This document shows positions 47,742 to 56,325 of a stretch of DNA of 64,000 bases, piece after piece. Location: contig CP122380.1 in assembly GCA_024650005.2 (NCBI GenBank), positions 585,814 through 649,813 on the forward strand, read 5' to 3'. The notes beneath the pieces are model-generated. The model saw only the letters and a program-made list of their open reading frames with translations. It was not told where the DNA came from and searched no databases. The position numbers and the translations under genes are program-made. The number at the start of each line of letters is the position of its first letter. Position 1 is the stretch's first letter. The DNA is from Candidatus Bathyarchaeum tardum. Lineage in GTDB: Archaea; Thermoproteota; Bathyarchaeia; Bathyarchaeales; Bathyarchaeaceae.

Positions 47742-48161
47742 ATGACTGATCTTTGGCCTGATGCAGAATTAGGCGAAATGATATCCGACGGGGAAGTCCT
47801 CAGTTTTGAAGCTGAAGCCCCAATAACCAAAGGGTCACCTGTTTACATTACAGCAGACATGAAAGTTTCGCCCAGTCCAGGAGGAGATAATGCAATTGGT
47901 GTTGCATTGAATTCACCTGTTGCTGGAGAGGAATGTTCGGTCTGCAAACGCGGAGTAGTAAAAGTAACTGCCAGTGGTGCTATTGCTAGGGGCTCTGCTG
48001 TTTGTTCAGCTGCTGGAGGAAAAGTGGCTCAACTTGTTGATCAAGCAGTAGACGAAGGCGGAAGTGCAACATACACAATCTATTACAATCGCAAACTAGG
48101 CTCAGCACTGCAAGCACCAACAACTGACGAAGACGAGTTTCTCATCCACGTGGAGAAGTGA
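47742..48161 (+). CDS. DUF2190-like head decoration/cement-type protein
   Basis: Segment ITKGSPVYITADMKVSP...AIGVALNSPVAGEECSVCKRGVVKV. It lies directly upstream of, and overlaps, the capsid gene. Confidence 0.5.
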   Translation: MTDLWPDAELGEMISDGEVLSFEAEAPITKGSPVYITADMKVSPSPGGDNAIGVALNSPVAGEECSVCKRGVVKVTASGAIARGSAVCSAAGGKVAQLVDQAVDEGGSATYTIYYNRKLGSALQAPTTDEDEFLIHVEK

Positions 48162-49105
48162 TCGATGTGCCAATAGAGTATCCAATTCCTAAACTTTTCG
48201 AAGCCATCCAGAAAGACAATGACATTAAACAAGACCTTCCGGGTATTTTTGAACGTTCAAAAAGTAACCCCATGATTAATGCTGTAATGCGAGAAGCAAT
48301 TCTTAGTGACGTTTCCGGTGCCCTTGGAAAACTACATGACAGTGTTGTTGAAGCCGCTAAACCTGCCTTGATTGGAAGAGAACTGATTTGGGTGATGCCC
48401 ACAAGCGAGAGTATGGTCAGGTTCCCTAAAGCCAAGGTAGGTAAAGCCAAGAGAACTGCTGAACTTGCCCAAACATGGATTTATGGGGAAAAATACTCGA
48501 CTATTGACGTGAAAACTAACATTGAAATCAGAGCTGGTGCTGAATATTCAAAGAAGTTCTTTGAAGATGCCACTTGGCCTGTTATGGAACGTCAAGCTGC
48601 TGAAGTTGGGCGTTCAATTGCAGAACTTGAGACTGAACGGATTCTAGCCCTTTATGAAAGTATTCCTGCTTCTGATCTTGCAGGAGGCGCAGTACTAAAT
48701 GGTAGCGGCACCCTTGATTGGGCGGGTGTAGTTAGTTTCTGGAATCAGCTAAAAAAGGAAAACCTCAGTGCAAAAGTGCTAGCGATTAATCCTAACCAAG
48801 CTGCTGATCTTTGGCAAGACGAGAAATTTATTCATAGTTTCTATTTTGGAGACAAAGTGGATGTTGCTCGTGGTATCCTAGGTCAGAGTTACTTGGGAAT
48901 GAAAGTTGCTGTTAGTACCAAGGTAGCTGATGGAACAGTTTTTGCGATTGATACTGACGTAGCAGGAGTCATGCCGTTGCGCAGAGACGTAATGACTGAG
49001 CCCTTCGAGAATCCTCGTGATGACCGTTACGGTATTGTTGGTAGTGAACGTTTAGGTCTTGGAGTCCTTAAAACCGAGGCAGTAGCAAGAGGAACCGGAT
49101 GGTAA
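48158..49105 (+). CDS. HK97-fold major capsid protein
   Basis: The size (315 aa), the position after protease and decoration genes, and a spine-helix-like segment PVMERQAAEVGRSIAELETERILALY. Confidence 0.65.
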   Translation: MIDVPIEYPIPKLFEAIQKDNDIKQDLPGIFERSKSNPMINAVMREAILSDVSGALGKLHDSVVEAAKPALIGRELIWVMPTSESMVRFPKAKVGKAKRTAELAQTWIYGEKYSTIDVKTNIEIRAGAEYSKKFFEDATWPVMERQAAEVGRSIAELETERILALYESIPASDLAGGAVLNGSGTLDWAGVVSFWNQLKKENLSAKVLAINPNQAADLWQDEKFIHSFYFGDKVDVARGILGQSYLGMKVAVSTKVADGTVFAIDTDVAGVMPLRRDVMTEPFENPRDDRYGIVGSERLGLGVLKTEAVARGTGW

Positions 49106-49170
49106 ACATCCTACTGTTGTTCAATGCTCCATTTTCTCTCTTTTTTCTTGTTTTTCGGATGTGAACAGAA

Positions 49171-49422
49171 ATGGTTGCCAAAATAGGATTTGTACAAGGC
49201 AAGTGTGGCGCTTGTGGGAAGACTCTTTGTAGACATCGTCCTGCAGATTTAGCGGTTTGTGATTGTTACGAATATTGCCCTGTTTGTGGAACTAAAATGA
49301 TTCCTTATTGGCCTGATTTAGCCCCTGGACAGTATAGGGCAGGTGACATTGACGTTTTGTATCAATGCCCAAATTGTGGTCATAAGAGTAGACAAAAACC
49401 AGTGGAAGTCAAATTGTCATGA
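49171..49422 (+). CDS. Zinc-ribbon protein
   Basis: Cys pairs CGACGKTLC, CDCYEYCPVCG and CPNCG. Confidence 0.5.
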   Translation: MVAKIGFVQGKCGACGKTLCRHRPADLAVCDCYEYCPVCGTKMIPYWPDLAPGQYRAGDIDVLYQCPNCGHKSRQKPVEVKLS

Positions 49423-49661
49423 AAGATCGAGAGCGTGAAATTCTCCGCAAAATTATCTTGGAATTCCTTACTAAAAAACGCGTACATTATTCAGAATTAG
49501 AAAAGAAAGTGTGTGCTACATTTCACTCATTTGCTACAACCAGCACTTTCAGATCGCAGTATCAGTATTTACTCACTAACAATTACATTGAGCGAATAGC
49601 CCGAGGAATTTATCAAATAAGCCCCAAAGGCAAGAAACTCCTAGAGCTATTAACAGCCTAA
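49419..49661 (+). CDS. Small wHTH protein
   Basis: 80 aa with the pattern ILEFLTKKRVHYSELEKKV...NNYIERIARGIYQISPKGKKLL. It overlaps the upstream gene by 4 nt. Confidence 0.45.
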   Translation: MKDREREILRKIILEFLTKKRVHYSELEKKVCATFHSFATTSTFRSQYQYLLTNNYIERIARGIYQISPKGKKLLELLTA

Positions 49662-49694
49662 CACATTGAAAAGATGGTCCTCTAGGAAATTACG

Positions 49695-50828
49695 TTAGAG
49701 ATCACTGATAGAATTTGCTTTGATGAATTTTTCCAAAGTAGTGTATTTATGTCCTAAAGGTGCAACTTTTTTATTTATCAAAGGAATCGGATCTTCAAGC
49801 TTATACAATGAATTAGGTTTAAGATGAATCACCTGTTTTCCGGCCTTGAATGTGTCAAGGTCTTCTTTTGATATTTTTTTAATATCCTCTTTTGATTTTA
49901 AAGGTTGAGTTATTGTTTCGATTTCTGCAAAGTACATAACTGATGATTTAGGTCTCCCAATGTATAGCGCGAAATATTTCGGGGCTCTGTTTTTTCCGAG
50001 TTTAATGAAACCCCATGCATTATATTTTTCAAGGAATTCGATTCCTTCAACTCGACTGGTACATAGGAGTACAACAGCAGATTCTTTGTTTGATAGCATG
50101 TTCCTAGAAATTGTACTTACTTTTGACACCTGTCCAACTTGTTCTTTCTCAAAACTTACTGGCGCGTCAGCCTGATCCTCAAACAATTTAACTGTTTGTT
50201 TGCCAAGTTGGGCGGAAACAATCCTAATTCTATTTTCTAATCCGGGTCCAGTAAATTCAATTAATACTTTCTGAAATTCTTCTGCTAGTTCATTTTGTTT
50301 GCGTTTCAAATTACTGATGACTTTCTTAGTAGTAACAAATCGATTTGCAGTTTTTTCGATCTCACCTGTTAATATCGATTCTCTAGAAAGAATTCTTAAC
50401 TCATTTTCTCCTGAAGGTAGTTCCTGAAGGTTAATTTCTATTACAAGGCATTCTGTTTCATTCTTTCCTGCTTTTGTGTCAAACACTTTTATTCTCTTCC
50501 CATTTGTAAGAACAACCCATTTAACGTCCTCGACTTTTCCGTAACTAATAATTTGAGAACAGAAATCATCGATTAGACTTTCATCAAAAGCTTTAGCTTC
50601 AACAAAAACTACAGGTTTATCTTCTAACATTAATGCATAATCTACGTAAGCTGTTCGTGTCCCTATTCTGACAGGATATTCTAATCTAATTTCATTGCTA
50701 CGCAAATCCCATCCGAGAGATTCTAATAGAGGCTCAATAACCCGTTTCTTAGTGTTTGCTTCACTTCCGGTTAAATCAGTTTTTGAAAAATCAGTGATAT
50801 AATGCAATAAATTCTGAAAGGAAGTCAT
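49695..50828 (-). CDS. HsdR_N-type PD-(D/E)xK nuclease domain + coiled coil + uncharacterised C-terminal domain
   Basis: Motifs VIEPLLESLGWD, AYVDYALMLEDKPVVFVEAKAF and WVVLTNGKRIKVFD. The gene is antisense to, and more AT-rich than, the flanking structural genes. Confidence 0.7.
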   Translation of the reverse strand: MTSFQNLLHYITDFSKTDLTGSEANTKKRVIEPLLESLGWDLRSNEIRLEYPVRIGTRTAYVDYALMLEDKPVVFVEAKAFDESLIDDFCSQIISYGKVEDVKWVVLTNGKRIKVFDTKAGKNETECLVIEINLQELPSGENELRILSRESILTGEIEKTANRFVTTKKVISNLKRKQNELAEEFQKVLIEFTGPGLENRIRIVSAQLGKQTVKLFEDQADAPVSFEKEQVGQVSKVSTISRNMLSNKESAVVLLCTSRVEGIEFLEKYNAWGFIKLGKNRAPKYFALYIGRPKSSVMYFAEIETITQPLKSKEDIKKISKEDLDTFKAGKQVIHLKPNSLYKLEDPIPLINKKVAPLGHKYTTLEKFIKANSISDL

Positions 50829-51035
50829 TTTTAGTCATGCAGGAATTGTCATAATTAAGATAAAAGACTTTTTCAAGTAGCAGATTAAACAAGTCTTCTA
50901 GCTAGTTTGTCTAACCTGATAGAAATTTTGATCAATAATAAAGTGCTTTTTTACCAATTAATTTCTAACAGGTTCTTTTTTAAGGGTTTTTTTTCCCAAA
51001 ATAGCTTAAATTTTGCTTATTTCACGATTTAAAGT

Positions 51036-51248
51036 ATGGAAAGCGCTTTAATTGTTGCTTTAGTATCGGCTGTCTTGGCTATTGTTTCTGTGTGTTTTGG
51101 AACGAAATATCGGAAATTGTTAGCTAAAGCTAGGCTCTTCACTAATCTTCTTAATAAAATCATTTCTGCTGTTGAAGATGACAACATCTCAGGAGAGGAA
51201 TTACAGCAGCTCATTACAACATCAAAAGAGTTGATGGAATCCAACTAG
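51036..51248 (+). CDS. Small membrane-anchored protein
   Basis: N-terminal TM segment (LIVALVSAVLAIVSVCF) followed by a helical tail. Confidence 0.35.
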   Translation: MESALIVALVSAVLAIVSVCFGTKYRKLLAKARLFTNLLNKIISAVEDDNISGEELQQLITTSKELMESN

Positions 51249-51262
51249 TAGGTGAGTGATGC

Positions 51263-51625
51263 TTGGCTTCTGTGACTGCTGACCGTGTAAGAGATCGGGT
51301 TAACTTGTCTGCTTCGGATATTCCTGATGCTAAGGTTTTAGAGTTTATTGCAGATGCTGAAGTCGAGGTAGAACTAGAAACTGACTTGGAAATTGATTAC
51401 TCAAACTGTACTCCTGGACAAGCAGCTTGCATTACGGACCTTGCAGCACTTTATTGTCTTGCTTACATCACTGGGGGTTCGGCTTCTGGTACTAGTTTTA
51501 GTATTGGAGATTTGAGTGTCAAAGAAGTTTCTGGAGGTAATGAAGGACATTCTCCTGCTTTCTTGCATCAACGTGTTTTGAAACTGCTTGACAAATTGAA
51601 GGGCAGTTCTTTGAAGGTGTCCTAA
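51263..51625 (+). CDS. Head-tail connector/adaptor (gp6-like), tentative
   Basis: N-terminus VTADRVRDRVNLSASDIPDAKVLEFIADAEVEVELETD resembles the gp6-like connector family. The position follows the head genes. Confidence 0.45.
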   Translation: MASVTADRVRDRVNLSASDIPDAKVLEFIADAEVEVELETDLEIDYSNCTPGQAACITDLAALYCLAYITGGSASGTSFSIGDLSVKEVSGGNEGHSPAFLHQRVLKLLDKLKGSSLKVS

Positions 51626-53035
51626 ATGACTGTGCTTCAAGATTATGCTGATTTCATCCTTGAGTATGCACCTTATTTTTACTATACTCCTGGCATTGGC
51701 GTGGATCCTGTGTGGGGAAAAGGACCAGCTGCTGCAGGTCATTCGATTGATTTTTTGGTTTTGTGTCATGCTGATTCACAGTTTGCTAGTATGCAGTCGA
51801 CCATTTACGACAAGATTGTAGAGTTAGCGGATTTTCTTGTTTCGATTCAATGTACTAACAACACAAAGAAGGCCTACGGGGGTTTTCAAAGCAAAGAGGG
51901 AAGCGACTATTACTATTCGATTGATGCTCACCGTTCAATTCCTGCTCTTTTGAAGGCCTACGATTTGACGGGAAACGTGGATTACTACAACGCTGCAGTG
52001 CTGGCTGGAGATTATCTTTACACTATGCAGCATCCGCCAATTCCAACTGTTCATGACCAGTACTATGGAGGTTTTGCTCAGTTCGTTAACATCGACGACC
52101 AATGGGGCGCGAATATGTGGGTTGTTGATCTGTACGGAATAATGGGTTTGAAAGAAATCTACACCCGGACAGGTGACGCCAAATATCAAACAATTTTGGA
52201 TGAAGCTTTAGCCTTTTATCGTCAAGGAATAATCGACTTGTGGCTTTATTATACACCTCTTCCTAGTGGAAATGGGGCGTGGCATCGAGCTCCCGGAACA
52301 CCGCCTGAAAATCTGATTTTTGATGACGATTTCAGTTATGCCCTTCATAGTTTGTACCAGTATGAGGGCTGGAGTGAAACAGTTGAAAAGGTGTTTCGAC
52401 ACTGCAGTGAGATTGAACCAACGATAGATCACCCTGCTTATCAGCCTGCAGTTGGTTGGCCGGGTTACTTGGATGTAATTAACCGAAAGCCCGATTGTGA
52501 TTACTACGATGCTGTGACGTCGGGAATCTTGGCTTTAGTGTTACGCAAAAACCATGATGGCATCATGTATGAGTATGCCAAGAAAATCATTGAACGGCAT
52601 CCAGATTCTTTCATGTATTGGGGTCCACAATTTTCGGATTATTCACCTGTGGAAGACAAGAAAGCTACTGTAACGGTTTCTTGGCTGGGGATGTATCTTG
52701 TTGAGTATTCACCTATTTCAAACAAGTTCACGCAGATTCTTAATGCTCATGGGGAAACTGTAACTTTCTATTCGGTGATTTCTGGAGAAACCGAGTCCTT
52801 TGCTGAAGGTATCGAAATTAAGGCGATTGTTAGGCCTACAGAGTCAAAAGAAATTTTCTTGGAAGCAGGTTACACAGTAGACGATTACAAGACTTTCTAT
52901 GTTTTTTCTCCTGTTAGGCATCATGACAAGTTGGTCCACAAATCAATTCCTTACACTGCTATTGGGGTTCAGGATTTCAATTTTCAAAAGGACACATTGT
53001 ATTTGAAAGTGCTGTGCAGGAGGTTGCTCGAGTAA
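51626..53035 (+). CDS. Alpha/alpha-toroid (prenyltransferase/terpene-cyclase-like repeat) domain fused to a head-closure (head-tail joining) domain
   Basis: Two Q..(Y)GGF repeats (SIQCTNNTKKAYGGFQSKEG and TMQHPP...YYGGFAQFVN). The C-terminal ~110 aa (ETVTFYSV...IKAIVRPTESKE...YKTFYVFSPV...DKLV...YTAIGVQDF) fit the head-tail joining pattern. Confidence 0.45.
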   Translation: MTVLQDYADFILEYAPYFYYTPGIGVDPVWGKGPAAAGHSIDFLVLCHADSQFASMQSTIYDKIVELADFLVSIQCTNNTKKAYGGFQSKEGSDYYYSIDAHRSIPALLKAYDLTGNVDYYNAAVLAGDYLYTMQHPPIPTVHDQYYGGFAQFVNIDDQWGANMWVVDLYGIMGLKEIYTRTGDAKYQTILDEALAFYRQGIIDLWLYYTPLPSGNGAWHRAPGTPPENLIFDDDFSYALHSLYQYEGWSETVEKVFRHCSEIEPTIDHPAYQPAVGWPGYLDVINRKPDCDYYDAVTSGILALVLRKNHDGIMYEYAKKIIERHPDSFMYWGPQFSDYSPVEDKKATVTVSWLGMYLVEYSPISNKFTQILNAHGETVTFYSVISGETESFAEGIEIKAIVRPTESKEIFLEAGYTVDDYKTFYVFSPVRHHDKLVHKSIPYTAIGVQDFNFQKDTLYLKVLCRRLLE

Positions 53036-54015
53036 TGGCAACTGTAGAGGATTCCGTGTTAACGGTTATTCGTCTCCTGGACAATAACATGAAGCTTGCA
53101 AAAGCAGACGGCAATATTGGTTCTGTTTACGTGAGTGAAGAATGGTACAACCGAACGGTTATGAAAAATCATGATGCTCAGGTGACAGTTGGCCTTGCAA
53201 ACAGCACACATCGAAAGCTTGGCTTTTCTGCTACTTTACGTTTGGATGTGGGTTTGCTTCGTGTGATTTTGTGGGTTATCAACAAATCAGGTTCTGAAGA
53301 ATCGCCTAGGGCTATTCGGGATAAGATGCGAAAGGAAATAAAGCGGATTATTGCCGAGAAACGAACTAAGCCCAACATTACGGAATATTCGTTCTGGAAC
53401 CTTGGTACTACTAGCAAAACTCACAAAGCCTATGAAGTAGCTGCTGATGCTGAATTAGCCCCAGATAATGAGAACTGGGATGAAATTGAAGGCGAAGGCT
53501 ATAACAAAATTTGGGTTAGTGACGACGATAGACACTCCATTTCTGCAGATGAGAATTTGGATTATGGCCTGATCCTTTTTAGGTTCAAAGTAGGTGCTGA
53601 ATCAAACGTCCTTACAAATCTGGAGTTTGCCTTTGAGGGTTACGGAACTGCTCCTGGGGGAAATGGCGCCACTATCAAAGTTTGGAATTTCAGTTCTTCT
53701 TCTTGGGAAAATGCTCAATCAGGAACTGCTGGCACTGATGAAACGCTTACAATTGCGTTGTCTTCTGGCTTTTCGGATTTGATTGATTCTAACGGTTACG
53801 TGTATTTGCTTGCTCGAACAACGAATCCGAGCAATGGCTCTACTGATGCGGTGCTTCATTGTGATTTTGTGAAATGCGCTGCCACAGTTCAGGGCATTCA
53901 TTACGTTGATGTTGTTTCTTTTGGGGATTCGGACGACGTTGAAGTAAATCCCGTTATTTGGAGGACAGATTTTGTTCTCAAAACTTGGTTGTTTGAAAAT
54001 ATTCCTGTTACTTGA
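53035..54015 (+). CDS. Neck/tail-completion-like N-terminal domain plus a C-terminal beta-rich domain (tentative)
   Basis: TAATG overlap with the upstream gene and a position between the head-closure and tail-tube genes. The C-terminal ~200 aa are Gly/Ser/Thr-rich and beta-like. Confidence 0.3.
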   Translation: MATVEDSVLTVIRLLDNNMKLAKADGNIGSVYVSEEWYNRTVMKNHDAQVTVGLANSTHRKLGFSATLRLDVGLLRVILWVINKSGSEESPRAIRDKMRKEIKRIIAEKRTKPNITEYSFWNLGTTSKTHKAYEVAADAELAPDNENWDEIEGEGYNKIWVSDDDRHSISADENLDYGLILFRFKVGAESNVLTNLEFAFEGYGTAPGGNGATIKVWNFSSSSWENAQSGTAGTDETLTIALSSGFSDLIDSNGYVYLLARTTNPSNGSTDAVLHCDFVKCAATVQGIHYVDVVSFGDSDDVEVNPVIWRTDFVLKTWLFENIPVT

Positions 54016-54033
54016 AAAATGGAGAAATGAAAA

Positions 54034-54864
54034 ATGAGTGAACCATACGGATCGTATGAAGCTGGAGTAGCATACATCGGTGAGTCAGTATATGGAGAAA
54101 CTCCTGCATCGCCTGCAATGGTTTCGATTTTGACTGCTGAAAACGTGGAACCTACTGTAAATCCTAGTTTGCTTAAGATTCGGGGCATTGGCAGCAGAGA
54201 CCTTCAGTATCTTCGTAAGGGCCTGAAGTTAGTTGATGTGAAACTCGGTTACGTGCTGCAGAACATTGAGCTGCTCAATTACGTTATAACTTTGGGTTCT
54301 ATGAGTCTAGAGGTTTGGTATGAAAAAGGTGCTAACATTGTTTCTTTGTTGCATAAAGGCTGCCGGATGGACCGAGCTGAGGTTAAATGTTCAGTTGAAG
54401 ACGTCGTGAAAGCAGATGTCACTCTAATGGGACAGAATCAGGTTCCAGGAGCTGCGAAGATTGGTTCTACTTACACGCCTTGGTCGGATACTCCAGTTGC
54501 CTTCTATGACAGTTACGTGAAGAAACAAACGACTACATTAGAGCGGGTTACTGATTGGAAGTTTGTTATTGAAAATCACCTAAAACGTGTGCCTGTAATC
54601 CGAAACACAAACGGGAATTTGCTCAAGTTTCTGCAGCAAAGACAAAGAAGCCTTTCTGGTGAATTGACTTTTGAGTTTGAAACTAAAGAGGAATATGACG
54701 ACGTTGTAAATGATACTGCTTTCACCCTTGAAATTGGGTTAGGCAGTACCAACAAAGCTGTTTTTACTGATTGTAAATGGGACAACATTTCGTCACCCAC
54801 TCGGATTGAAGACCTCGTTTCGTTGAAGGCTCCCTTCACTGCAAAAGGAGTTACGATAACCTGA
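54034..54864 (+). CDS. Major tail (tube) protein, tentative
   Basis: 276 aa, positioned immediately upstream of the chaperone frameshift pair, with a pattern typical of tail-tube proteins (IRGIGSRDLQYLRKGLKLVDVKLGYVL). Confidence 0.5.
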   Translation: MSEPYGSYEAGVAYIGESVYGETPASPAMVSILTAENVEPTVNPSLLKIRGIGSRDLQYLRKGLKLVDVKLGYVLQNIELLNYVITLGSMSLEVWYEKGANIVSLLHKGCRMDRAEVKCSVEDVVKADVTLMGQNQVPGAAKIGSTYTPWSDTPVAFYDSYVKKQTTTLERVTDWKFVIENHLKRVPVIRNTNGNLLKFLQQRQRSLSGELTFEFETKEEYDDVVNDTAFTLEIGLGSTNKAVFTDCKWDNISSPTRIEDLVSLKAPFTAKGVTIT

Positions 54865-54865
54865 G

Positions 54866-55315
54866 GTGCGAAAATTGAGTAAGGCTAGAATAATTCTTGT
54901 AACTGTTTTCCTTTCGGGCATTCTTTTAGGATCCATTGTTTATGCAGCTTACCAGCACTTTCAGCCTATTCGTAATGTTGGAACTGTCCGGGTTATTGGG
55001 GTTGACGTTTTCGCGGATGCAGAATTAACTTCTCGTTTAACTGAAATTCCTTGGGGTGTTATGAGCCCGGATGAATCTCGAAATGTTACAGTTTGGATAC
55101 AAAACACCGGTAACTATGCTCAGAAGTTGGTTATGTGGACTGAAAGCTGGAATCCGACTAGTGCTTTTGACTTCATCAGTTTGACTTGGGATTATGACGA
55201 TTCATGGATTCCTGTAAACGATGCAATTCTGGTTGTATTCACGCTTTCACTTGATGCTGACATAACTGGAGTAACTAACTTCAGTTTTGAACTTTGGGTT
55301 AAGGGGGTGCATTAG
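54866..55315 (+). CDS. Membrane-anchored Ig-like domain protein, paralogue of host ORF 11791..12558
   Basis: An N-terminal TM segment followed by IPWGVMSPDESRNVTVWIQNTGNYAQKLVMWTESWNPTSAFDFISLTWDYDD...NFSFELWVKG. Confidence 0.5.
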   Translation: MRKLSKARIILVTVFLSGILLGSIVYAAYQHFQPIRNVGTVRVIGVDVFADAELTSRLTEIPWGVMSPDESRNVTVWIQNTGNYAQKLVMWTESWNPTSAFDFISLTWDYDDSWIPVNDAILVVFTLSLDADITGVTNFSFELWVKGVH

Positions 55316-55317
55316 TC

Positions 55318-55765
55318 ATGGATGAATTAACTCGTAGGTTACGTGCATTGCCGGAGACCGTTCAAAAACTCATCGCAGCGGACATGAAAACTGCACTTAC
55401 AAATAGAATCACAGTCATGGAGAGGATTTGCAATAAAACAAAAAAAAGTTCAGGTAACTGAAAACTTTGGAAAAGAGTTCGTTGGAGAATACGTCTTCCA
55501 AGAAATTAACTGGGCTAAACGCAGTCGAATAATCCAGAAGTACACAAAATACCATCCTACAACGGGTCAAGTGGTTAGCAGCGATTACGTTTCGATTCAA
55601 GCAGAGACTATTTGGGCTAGTTTGAAGGTGCAGCCTGAAAGTAAACCGATTACTCTGGAGAAGTTGCTCGGAGACGTTGACGGATTCCCTATTGCTCTTG
55701 GTGAATTTTTCAGCAAATTAACGAACAGTCTTAATGGAATCAGTAAAGCAGAAACAAAAAACTGA
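55318..55765 (+). CDS. Tail assembly chaperone (G-like); the reading frame is interrupted at an A8 tract
   Basis: The ATG at 55318 reads to a stop at 55459-55461. The +1 frame is open from 55388 to 55765 with no start before 55571. Removing one A from the run at 55440-55447 gives a continuous ~148-aa ORF. Confidence 0.5.
55756..55762 (+). promoter_or_regulatory. Candidate -1 programmed ribosomal frameshift heptamer A_AAA_AAC
   Basis: The zero-frame codons are aca aaa aac tga. The -1 frame continues ctg att cgg gcg atg... and stays open to 55953. A 6-bp hairpin (55773-55778 with 55790-55795) starts 10 nt downstream. Confidence 0.5.
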
Positions 55766-55953
55766 TTCGGGCGATGAGACGTGAAAAGCCTCATCCGATC
55801 CTTACAGAGTTTCGGCTGTGTAAAGAGTTTGGTTGGACCCCGAAGGAACTTGCACGTCAGCCTGCTAAGACAGTTCAAGCGTTTGTAGTTATCATGAACG
55901 AAATTGATGCTCAAACTCAAAAAGAAATTGAAAAATCCAAAAAGAAGGCCTAA
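55762..55953 (+). CDS. T-like extension ORF of the chaperone (-1 frame); could also be a stand-alone 59-aa ORF from the ATG at 55774
   Basis: I translated it by hand and found no stops in the -1 frame up to TAA at 55951-55953. At 59 aa it falls below the 60-aa shortest ORF present in the supplied track, which probably explains its absence. Confidence 0.45.
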   Translation: MIRAMRREKPHPILTEFRLCKEFGWTPKELARQPAKTVQAFVVIMNEIDAQTQKEIEKSKKKA

Positions 55954-55956
55954 AAA

Positions 55957-56325
55957 ATGTCAGTCGACGTGGACATACAAGTAAAAGGGGTTTCTGAACT
56001 ACAACAGAAACTAGGTCTGTTAGGCGTCACTCTGGAAACTAAAGTTCATGACGAACTGCAGCTCGAAGCACCCATCATGAAGAATATTGCACGTGCAAAG
56101 GCTCCAGTTGTTACTGGACGATTACGAGACAGCATTTATGCACACGTCGAAGGGCTGATCTTGAAATTAGGTGCAACTGCTCCTTATGCGGTTTTTCAGG
56201 AATTGGGAACGCGATACATCAAGCCTAAGGCGTTTCTGCAATCTGCAGTTTTTGAACGTATAGAACACTTAGTCAATCGAATTAGTCGTGCAATTGGGGA
56301 CGCGATTAAGGAGGTTTCCCGTTGA
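55957..56325 (+). CDS. HK97 gp10-family tail-completion protein
   Basis: Motifs APVVTGRLRDSIY and APYAVFQELGTRYIKPKAFL. Confidence 0.65.
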   Translation: MSVDVDIQVKGVSELQQKLGLLGVTLETKVHDELQLEAPIMKNIARAKAPVVTGRLRDSIYAHVEGLILKLGATAPYAVFQELGTRYIKPKAFLQSAVFERIEHLVNRISRAIGDAIKEVSR

